NCBI GenBank assembly: GCA_003144275.1
Contig: NJBF01000068.1
Location: 1-12,856, forward strand
DNA: 12,856 nt
Direction: 5' to 3'
DNA from: Candidatus Heimdallarchaeota archaeon B3_Heim
GTDB lineage: Archaea; Asgardarchaeota; Heimdallarchaeia; Hodarchaeales; Hodarchaeaceae
Shown here: positions 5,870 to 12,856 of the stretch, in pieces
Numbering within the stretch: the first letter of the stretch is position 1
Layout of the letters: each line of letters opens with the position of its first letter
Position numbers and translations under genes: made by a program
Notes under the pieces: generated by a model
Told to the model about the DNA's origin: nothing
The model's database searches: none
What the model saw: only the letters and a program-made list of their open reading frames with translations

Positions 5870-6958
5870 ATGGCAGGAATTATCCCAATAGATATTGTGA
5901 GTCATACCTCTCTCATAATAGTGTATGCTTCAACCTTGATATTGTTGACAATTGGCCTAAATATGATCTATTCTGTACTTAAATTCTCGAATTTTGCTCA
6001 TGCTGAATTCATTACGTTTGGTATGTTTACCTCATGGTGGTTATTGCAAATTTTGACGTTTGCTCTCCCATGGGACTCATCAATGTATTTGATTAACAAC
6101 CTGATTATTCAAGCATTATTTGCATTTGTGATGGTTGGTATTTTGGGAATTGCAAGTGAAGTGCTAGTTTTTGGTCGATTAAAAAGACTTGCAGCCAACC
6201 CCAGATCTTTCACTGTAGCATCTATAGGAATAGGGCTCGTTATTAGAAATTTTCTTGCAATGATATTTGGCAATTTTCCAAAACCAAATAGGGGCGGTAC
6301 TTCAATTGCAGCACTTCCATTCGATATTGATATTGGTATTAAACAGACTTTGATCAGAAATGACCCATTTTTTGGAAACCAAGGAATTTTTATTACCAGT
6401 TTTGAGGTTATAATTATTCTTATGAGCATTGGAACGGTTTTCACAGTGGATTATATGTTTAGAAAAACTAAACTTGGAATTGCTATGAGAGCCACCTCTG
6501 ATTCAGTCGAATTAGCTCAAGTTTCTGGAATAAACACACGAAAAGTTGTTTTTTACACTTGGTTTCTAGCTGCTGGAATTACTGGTTTCGGTGCTGCTTT
6601 ATTGCGAGCTAATCAGCCTCGATTCAGTACTTTGGATGGTTTTATGATGCTTCTACCAATTTTCGCTGTCGTTATTCTTGGTGGCGTAGGATCTTTCCGT
6701 GGAGGGATAATTTCTGCTTTTATAATAGCAGGTGTTAGACAATTAACTGTTATTATCTTTACTCAATTTCAAAGCCCTGGCGGACTTGAATATATGATTG
6801 AAGATTTCTTTTACCGTATAACTGGGATAGAGGGATTAGTAATTACTTTTGCACCAGGTTATGCGGATGGAGTCGGTTTTTTGGTCTTAATTTTTGTACT
6901 ACTGTTCCGACCTCAAGGTATATCTGGAACCGTGGAAGCGACTAGAGAGAGGGTGTAA
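5870..6958 (+). CDS. livH: HAAT ABC transporter permease, LivH-like
   Basis: GLNMIYSVLKFSNFAHAEF, TKLGIAMRATSDSVELAQVSGIN, VILGGVGSFRGGII, LFRPQGI; multiple TM helices. Confidence 0.9.
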   Translation: MAGIIPIDIVSHTSLIIVYASTLILLTIGLNMIYSVLKFSNFAHAEFITFGMFTSWWLLQILTFALPWDSSMYLINNLIIQALFAFVMVGILGIASEVLVFGRLKRLAANPRSFTVASIGIGLVIRNFLAMIFGNFPKPNRGGTSIAALPFDIDIGIKQTLIRNDPFFGNQGIFITSFEVIIILMSIGTVFTVDYMFRKTKLGIAMRATSDSVELAQVSGINTRKVVFYTWFLAAGITGFGAALLRANQPRFSTLDGFMMLLPIFAVVILGGVGSFRGGIISAFIIAGVRQLTVIIFTQFQSPGGLEYMIEDFFYRITGIEGLVITFAPGYADGVGFLVLIFVLLFRPQGISGTVEATRERV

Positions 6959-6977
6959 ATTTAGAGGAAATGATTAA

Positions 6978-8303
6978 ATGGCTGGAAGAATATTAAAATA
7001 CGAAATGGATGAAAAATTACGAACTTTGGTTGTCGGATTCGCACTAGCTATTCCAATTCTCTACCTTTATATTTATGCTCTTCTTGCCCAGACCAATAAA
7101 TCAATATTTCTTATCGGTACTGTACTAGCAATTCTTGTTTTCTTTATAGGAGCTCTGAGCTTAGATCTGGAAGTTGGTTCAGTTGGTTTGCCGAATTTCG
7201 GAAAAGTGGCCTTCTTTGCTTTGGGTGCGTACATCTCAACGCTCCTATATAGTGTGTATAGATGGCCATTCTATCACATTTATGGTATTGGTCCAATTGC
7301 TCAATTCCTCTTCTCTAGCCTGGTAGCAATAATTATTTGCGCTTTAGTAGGCTTTTTAGTCGCTATTCCCACTGTAAAACTTCGAGCAGATTATTTTGCA
7401 ATCATGACAATTGCGGGTGGGGAGGTTATTCGATTAATACTACAATATGAGAAACGTTGGTTTTGGGCACCAGCCCCAGTAGGGCCACCTCAACAAGTTA
7501 TCTCAAACAGAGCAATAGTCGAATTCACCACAGGCCTTTATCCATTTAACAAGACTTTAGCTTACTTTGGATTTACATTTTTTGAAGATAGTAATTTAGG
7601 TTCGGTCTTTCTCTGGCAAATAGTAGTGATAGTAATTTTTATTCTTATAGCCATTACGACTTATTGGTTTGTTCAACAAATAAGAAAATCTCCTTATGGA
7701 AGAACACTACGTGCGATTCGTGAAGACGATATCACTGTTACTTCTGTTGGTAAAGATGTTTCTCGCTTTCGTTGGCAAGTAACTACCCTTGCAGCATGTA
7801 TTGCTGGTTTGGCTGGTATTATGTACGCAATGACTTTCAAAGCGTTTGAAGCAGGAGATTTCAGGCCATTTCTTACTTTTGATCTTTATATTTTCATAAT
7901 AATTGGAGGATTGGGGAATAGTCGTGGAGCATTTGCAGGAACAGCGCTTGTTCAAATGTTTCTCCGAGCAGCACAAGTTCAAGAGGTAAAAGAAAACATT
8001 TCTCTCTATTTAGGAAGTGAATCACCAGTCATTGGTCCACTGTTCGAATTTTTACAGTTGGATGTGTTTATAAATCCAGATAACATGAGATTAGTTATCT
8101 TGGGAGTTATTTTGATTCTTTTTCTGTTATTTATGCCTGCAGGATTAATTCCTGAACCAAAAACAAACAATGAAAAGTATTTAAAGCAATTGACACCTGA
8201 AGAACGCATGCGTTCTGATGAGGCTGTTTCAGCAAGGCAGAGTCTTACCGAAAGAGAAAGAATAGGTAATGAAGATACTACTGAACCAAGTTCAAAGTTT
8301 TAG
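6978..8303 (+). CDS. livM: HAAT ABC transporter permease, LivM-like, with a charged C-terminal tail
   Basis: GLPNFGKVAFFALGAY, LRADYFAIMTIAGGEVIRL, SPYGRTLRAIREDD, IIGGLGNSRGAFAG, FMPAGLIPE. Confidence 0.9.
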   Translation: MAGRILKYEMDEKLRTLVVGFALAIPILYLYIYALLAQTNKSIFLIGTVLAILVFFIGALSLDLEVGSVGLPNFGKVAFFALGAYISTLLYSVYRWPFYHIYGIGPIAQFLFSSLVAIIICALVGFLVAIPTVKLRADYFAIMTIAGGEVIRLILQYEKRWFWAPAPVGPPQQVISNRAIVEFTTGLYPFNKTLAYFGFTFFEDSNLGSVFLWQIVVIVIFILIAITTYWFVQQIRKSPYGRTLRAIREDDITVTSVGKDVSRFRWQVTTLAACIAGLAGIMYAMTFKAFEAGDFRPFLTFDLYIFIIIGGLGNSRGAFAGTALVQMFLRAAQVQEVKENISLYLGSESPVIGPLFEFLQLDVFINPDNMRLVILGVILILFLLFMPAGLIPEPKTNNEKYLKQLTPEERMRSDEAVSARQSLTERERIGNEDTTEPSSKF

Positions 8304-8311
8304 GAGAATAG

Positions 8312-9220
8312 ATGTTGGAGTCACTAGAGTTGGAAAAAGACCCAGATAATATTAGTTTATCAGCTCAGAATATTCACAAATACTTTGGGGGAGTAAAAGC
8401 TCTTGAAGGGGCTTCTGTTGTAGTTTCGAAGAATAAATTAATCTCATTAATAGGTCCTAATGGATCGGGGAAAACTACTCTTTTCAATGTCATTTCTTGT
8501 TGGTCACCAAAATCTCATCCAGACGATCTATTAGAAGAAGATGAAGTAAAAATTCAGAAACGATTCCTTGACGGGATTAATAGAAAATTTGGAGGAAAGG
8601 AAGAATCTGAGGAAACTCCTTCTGAAGAAGTTGGTTCTGTTGATTTTGAAGACCTTAGATTGGATGGCCTAAACGCTCATGAAGCGGCGTTAACGGGCAT
8701 GATGCGTACGTTCCAAACGACGCGAAATTGGCCAAAATTAACCGTTCTTGAAAATTTACTTGTAGCACCTCAACATCAGACAGGGGAGTCTTTCATAAAT
8801 ATCTTCTTTAAAAGAAAACAAATAGAGGAAGAAGAACGTATCAATACTTTGAAAGCATTAGAAATATTAGACTTTCTTGAAATTACGCATATCCGGGATC
8901 AAATCGGAGAAGAACTTTCAGGTGGGCAATTGAAATTATTAGCCTTAGGACGATTGTTAATGACTGCTCCCCGATTAATTCTATTGGACGAACCAATGGC
9001 CGGAATAAATCCAACCTTAGGTAACAAAATCATGGATAAAATTTTGGAACTCAAAGTAGACTCAACAATCTTCCTGATTGAACACAATATGGATGTAGTG
9101 TTTAACTACTCCGATGAAATCTTTGTCATGGCTAGAGGTAAGATCATTGCTCAAGGTACTCCCAACGAAATTGAATCTAATAAAGAAGTGATTGAGGCAT
9201 ACTTGGGAGCAGATTACTGA
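8312..9220 (+). CDS. livG: HAAT ABC transporter ATP-binding subunit, LivG-like, with an acidic insertion after Walker A
   Basis: KYFGGVKAL, Walker A GPNGSGKTTLFN, RTFQ, LTVLENL, LSGGQ, LLDEPMAGIN, IEHNMD, EVIEAYLG; GGAG SD-like site upstream. Confidence 0.92.
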   Translation: MLESLELEKDPDNISLSAQNIHKYFGGVKALEGASVVVSKNKLISLIGPNGSGKTTLFNVISCWSPKSHPDDLLEEDEVKIQKRFLDGINRKFGGKEESEETPSEEVGSVDFEDLRLDGLNAHEAALTGMMRTFQTTRNWPKLTVLENLLVAPQHQTGESFINIFFKRKQIEEEERINTLKALEILDFLEITHIRDQIGEELSGGQLKLLALGRLLMTAPRLILLDEPMAGINPTLGNKIMDKILELKVDSTIFLIEHNMDVVFNYSDEIFVMARGKIIAQGTPNEIESNKEVIEAYLGADY

Positions 9221-9236
9221 TTTTTTGTAAAGGAAA

Positions 9237-10481
9237 ATGCCCATCTCCCAGAAAAAAGATATTTCTGCAAAATCCAGTTTAATTTCCGCATTTCTTGTCC
9301 ATTTATTTGTGGAAATTCCATATTTTATCTTCCCCGTTTTAGTACTAGTTGTTGGGGAAGATCTAAATTTGGGGGAGTTCATGTGGATTGGGTTGGGATC
9401 TATTGGTACTATAGGAGCTTTAGCTGCAGGTTTACCAGCACCATTAGTTGGATGGTTTTCGGATCGTTCTCGGAGAGGCATGATGATGTGTCTTAGTTTA
9501 ATCCTTAGCGCGTTGGGAGCTTTCATAATTGGGTTATCCGACTCTTCCCTCGTCATTACAATCTTTAGTTTTGGCCTTATAGGTCTAGGAGTTGGACTGT
9601 ATCATCCTCCGGGATTATCGTGGGTCGCATCTGCTTTTAAGGATGAAGAAAATGGGGGTTACTCCTCATATATTAATAGAATTTTAGGAGTTCACGGAGT
9701 AGGAGGTACAATTGGTTCCGCTGTTGGGCCCATATCTGTTTTTTTCTTATTAAATATAATGAATTGGCGGCAAATTTATCTATTATGGTCGTTTCCCTTA
9801 TTTCTTCTAAGTTTATTATTTTGGGTGTTTGTAGCAAGATTTGAATCTCCTCGGGAAAAAGAGAATAATATTCACGTTAAGAACGAATCAACTAATTTTC
9901 GAATTAAACTTAAATCAAATATAAGCCCTACAATGCTAATAATATTTGTATTTATGGTTCTTATGTCACTAACATGGGGGATGGTTAGTTTTGTACTAGC
10001 GCCATTTCTCTCTGAAGTCAAAGGGTTTGATATTTCACACGCAGCCTTATTTATTGGAGTGTCCCACCTGTTTGGAGCATCAGGTCAACTTTTAGGAGGT
10101 GTGATGGCGGATAAATATACGGAGAAAGTAGCTCTCCTATTTGCATCGGCTCTTCAAGGTGTTGTCATACTTGGAATTTACATCCTCAACCCTCCAGCGG
10201 TCCTGTTTGCATTATATATGATTCTATTCATTGTCAATGCTATTTTTTGGCCCACAACAAATAGCTTTCTAGCTAAAAATACCACTCAAATCGGCAGCGC
10301 CTTTGGTGGATTTATGTTAACAGTGAATGTCGTACGAGCAGCAGGACCAACCATTGATGGGTTTTTAATCACATTGAATCCAAGTAATTATCTATTAATT
10401 TTCGTTTTCGCAGTTATATTTTCAATTGCAGCTTTTCTGACACTAACTATGGTGAAAGGAAAATCCGATTTCTCTTCTTAA
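9237..10481 (+). CDS. Major facilitator superfamily transporter, substrate unknown
   Basis: ~12 hydrophobic segments; motif A-like GWFSDRSRRG and GVMADKYTEK; YHPPG in TM4; starts 16 bp after livG. Confidence 0.88.
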   Translation: MPISQKKDISAKSSLISAFLVHLFVEIPYFIFPVLVLVVGEDLNLGEFMWIGLGSIGTIGALAAGLPAPLVGWFSDRSRRGMMMCLSLILSALGAFIIGLSDSSLVITIFSFGLIGLGVGLYHPPGLSWVASAFKDEENGGYSSYINRILGVHGVGGTIGSAVGPISVFFLLNIMNWRQIYLLWSFPLFLLSLLFWVFVARFESPREKENNIHVKNESTNFRIKLKSNISPTMLIIFVFMVLMSLTWGMVSFVLAPFLSEVKGFDISHAALFIGVSHLFGASGQLLGGVMADKYTEKVALLFASALQGVVILGIYILNPPAVLFALYMILFIVNAIFWPTTNSFLAKNTTQIGSAFGGFMLTVNVVRAAGPTIDGFLITLNPSNYLLIFVFAVIFSIAAFLTLTMVKGKSDFSS

Positions 10482-10867
10482 GACTCTGGAAGGCAATAAA
10501 TAATGGCTTCAATTTCTAGATGTACTTCTCTAAGTAAAGGGCCAACTTGCACAGTCGATCTTGCAGGGGGGTTTTCAGGGAAAAATTCTGAGTAAGCAGT
10601 GTTAAATCTGTCAAATAATCTCATATCTGTCAAAAAAACTGTTGTTTTTACTGTATTTTTCAATGTTGTACCTGCTGCCTCAGCAATTGCTGAAAGATTT
10701 TGCATAACTTGTCGAGTCTCATCTTCTATGTTTTCGTTAATTAACTTCTTTGTTTCAGGATTGTAAGCGATTTGTCCAGCAGTAAACAAAAAATCGCCAG
10801 CTTTGATCCCTTGACTATAATAACCTCCAGGAGGAGTCCCCTTATCCGTTTTAATAACTTCTACCAT
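10478..10867 (-). CDS. ridA: RidA-family (YjgF/YER057c/UK114) reactive imine/enamine deaminase
   Basis: P.GGYYSQGIKAGDFLFTAGQI, QVMQNL, VKTTVFLTDM, FNTAYSEFF, PPARSTVQV (catalytic Arg), LEIEAI (Glu). Confidence 0.93.
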   Translation of the reverse strand: MVEVIKTDKGTPPGGYYSQGIKAGDFLFTAGQIAYNPETKKLINENIEDETRQVMQNLSAIAEAAGTTLKNTVKTTVFLTDMRLFDRFNTAYSEFFPENPPARSTVQVGPLLREVHLEIEAIIYCLPES

Positions 10868-10922
10868 CTTGTCTATCTCTTTTTGAGATTTGCCATTAAG
10901 AAATATTTTGTTTTATGTCGTT

Positions 10923-10938
10923 AAAAGAAGAGAAACAA
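10923..10938 (-). terminator. Pyrimidine/U-rich tract after the KamA-family gene
   Basis: The minus strand reads TTGTTTCTCTTCTTTT immediately after the TGA. Confidence 0.3.
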
Positions 10939-12753
10939 TCAGTAATAATACCAGATGCTTCTATAATCAGCTGGATCTTCTCCACTATTTTTTAATTTAT
11001 CTAAATAAGACTGAATACTAACATCAGTATAGAGATATGGATTTACTTTAGCTAGATTTTTCTCCCAAGGATGGAAAGAATACATTCTTCTTCCATCTGG
11101 AAGTATGGAAATCAATTCATGATCTTGCCAAGCACGTAAGTGATTCTTTCCCAAAAAGGGGACGTTGAAAACTGGTTCATCGCCTCGAAAGATGCCTGGT
11201 AAAAGACGGGCTTCTTCCTTTCTTTCTTGTAAAATCCGTGCCATTGGAACAGCGTAATCTTCAATTTCTTCTTTGCCTTTCATATTAAAATTATAATATG
11301 GATCAATTCCAATTTCTTTAAGTTTCATTCTAAGTACAACAGTCTCAAACCGTCTACTATTATAAAAAGTAAAAACTTGTTGATTATAGACATCTAGTTG
11401 GCTTTGCTTAACTTTTTTTATTGCATCAGCCATATGATAAGTTATTTCATATGGATGTTCGACATGAAGAACCATACTGAGATATCGTTTTCCAATTTCT
11501 TGATACTTGGCAAATATTTCGCATAACTCGGTAGTTATTCTCATCGGAACAGTTATAGGGATTCTAGTTGCGATACGAATGCTTCTAATGCTTTCGATTT
11601 GGGATAACGCCTTAATTACATATTCAATACGATTGTTTGACATAACGAGAGGATCTCCACCCGTAATTAGAACATCCATTATCTCTTGGTGCTCTTCGAA
11701 CCATTTCAGAGCATTATCAAGGTTTTCTTTATCAGCCATCGCTCCTGGCATAAACGGACACGTTATTTCCCAATTGCGCTGACAATAAACACATATTTGA
11801 GGACAGGAATCGTAGGGCTTGATAATTGCAACTTTAGGATATCTTCGGGTTACTAGATTTACTGGCGAAGTATCTGATTCTCTCATAAAATCGAGGGATG
11901 ATCGATCTTCTCCTACTTCTATCATTTTTTTAACATATGACATAGGCGGAATAACTTGTTTACGGACAGCAATATCATTCGGACTCGGTTTTTCGTCCAT
12001 TAGATGCAAATAATGGGGAGTGATACCAAAAGGAATATTATTCTCAAGAACTAGATGTATGGCATCTTCTTCTTCAGGTGTAAGTTCAATTAATTGTTTT
12101 AAAATCGAAAAACCTTCCATATCTTTGAAAACATTTTTGAATTGCCATCTCCAATCCATCCAATCATCCTCTGTACCCCCTAAGGTATCTAATATCTTTA
12201 GCTTATGGTTAATTCTTTCTTTAATGATTTCTTCATTAAATCCACTTGGGTATCTCTTCAGATGATTACTCATGCTCTTTGACAATTCATCCAGATAATT
12301 AGACCGTTTAATACTTGCTTCCTGACCGTAAATTCCCTCAAAACTTGGAATATTTAATTTATCTAAGAACAATGGAGGATAAATATTTGTTTTTCCATTT
12401 ATCGCATAAAAGAGGTGGTGAAATTCTTGTATAAATCCATATCCAACCTCAGCATCTCCAGTTGATGCAGCTTTCCACAAATATTCGAGTGATGAACTTA
12501 GTGCTAATCGTTCATTCCGTGGAGAGATGATATTTTTCATACAGCGTACAGCTTCTTTTAGAATAATATAATGCCAAGAAGCGAGTTGAGTTACATCACG
12601 CCTATAAGCCCACTCTAATCCTTCTAAATAGTGTATCATCTTTTCTCTAGCTTCTTCTACTGTGTTACTGCTTTTTAGCAACATATATATAGCAGGGTCA
12701 GCTTTCCAACAAGTCTCCCACCTAGGCTCCGCAATTTCGATATCCGACAACAT
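10939..12753 (-). CDS. Long-form KamA-family radical SAM/PLP aminomutase; active-site residues point to glutamate rather than lysine 2,3-aminomutase
   Basis: DWMDWRWQ, ITPHYL, RRYP, CPQICVYCQR (CxxxCxxC, nt 11805-11782), DVLITGGDPL, RIATR, HVEHPYEI, NQQV, PYYNFNMK, FNVPFLGK (putative PLP Lys, nt 11148-11146); ~180-aa N-terminal extension relative to clostridial KamA. Confidence 0.88.
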   Translation of the reverse strand: MLSDIEIAEPRWETCWKADPAIYMLLKSSNTVEEAREKMIHYLEGLEWAYRRDVTQLASWHYIILKEAVRCMKNIISPRNERLALSSSLEYLWKAASTGDAEVGYGFIQEFHHLFYAINGKTNIYPPLFLDKLNIPSFEGIYGQEASIKRSNYLDELSKSMSNHLKRYPSGFNEEIIKERINHKLKILDTLGGTEDDWMDWRWQFKNVFKDMEGFSILKQLIELTPEEEDAIHLVLENNIPFGITPHYLHLMDEKPSPNDIAVRKQVIPPMSYVKKMIEVGEDRSSLDFMRESDTSPVNLVTRRYPKVAIIKPYDSCPQICVYCQRNWEITCPFMPGAMADKENLDNALKWFEEHQEIMDVLITGGDPLVMSNNRIEYVIKALSQIESIRSIRIATRIPITVPMRITTELCEIFAKYQEIGKRYLSMVLHVEHPYEITYHMADAIKKVKQSQLDVYNQQVFTFYNSRRFETVVLRMKLKEIGIDPYYNFNMKGKEEIEDYAVPMARILQERKEEARLLPGIFRGDEPVFNVPFLGKNHLRAWQDHELISILPDGRRMYSFHPWEKNLAKVNPYLYTDVSIQSYLDKLKNSGEDPADYRSIWYYY

Positions 12754-12856
12754 TATTAAAAACCAATTTCTATTTTTTTAGAAAATAAATGATAGACCTT
12801 AATGGAGAGGTACAATTAAAGTAATCACCATTTTTCTTTCATTATCCTATTGTTAA

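Noticed and set aside
6109-6444. 111-aa minus-strand ORF
   Set aside because: Lies wholly antisense to livH; composition is typical of a shadow frame.
7707-8209. 91-aa and 67-aa minus-strand ORFs
   Set aside because: Antisense to livM; no recognisable motifs.
8899-9556. 62-aa and 164-aa minus-strand ORFs
   Set aside because: Antisense to livG and the MFS gene, both well supported; no independent coding signal.
11507-12265. Three short plus-strand ORFs (91, 64, 81 aa)
   Set aside because: Antisense shadows of the aminomutase.
10939-12753. Calling the gene kamA/ablA (beta-lysine pathway) or epmB
   Set aside because: The lysine-binding aspartates are replaced, and no ablB, epmA or lysine-fermentation genes are in the window.
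12825-12856. Possible 3' end of an upstream minus-strand gene (..NNRIMKEKW*)
   Set aside because: Only 10 codons are visible; it cannot be distinguished from non-coding sequence.
1-12856. CRISPR array, rRNA, integrase or prophage genes
   Set aside because: No regularly spaced repeats or matching motifs were seen.

Overview
AT-rich (mostly ~33-37% GC in sampled rows) archaeal window. Archaeal origin rests on TATA-type promoters, a PGF/CTERM-type surface anchor and an archaeal DUF family; an Asgard/Heimdallarchaeia origin is only an inference. Left edge: a partial tnpB (1094 to <1, minus strand, missing from the ORF track, ~46% GC) of an IS200/IS605-family element with a rearranged RuvC-II site and no adjacent tnpA. 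The rest is an amino-acid handling neighbourhood: an M29 aminopeptidase; an archaeal DUF7388-like protein whose coding frame extends ~65 codons upstream of the ORF-track start and has no canonical in-frame start; a complete HAAT/Liv-type ABC operon (SBP-livF-livH-livM-livG) plus an MFS transporter; and, convergently, a long-form KamA-family radical SAM aminomutase followed by RidA. Highlights: (1) the aminomutase carries Lys/Asn where lysine 2,3-aminomutase has Asp293/Asp330, the signature of glutamate 2,3-aminomutase; (2) the SBP closely follows the motifs of eukaryotic class C GPCR (mGluR/GABA-B) Venus-flytrap domains; (3) the operon leader can fold into a ~75-nt multi-branch structure starting at the predicted TSS; (4) the DUF7388-like gene has a split or non-canonical 5' end. 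No tRNA, rRNA or CRISPR array was seen. All family comparisons are from memory, not from database searches.
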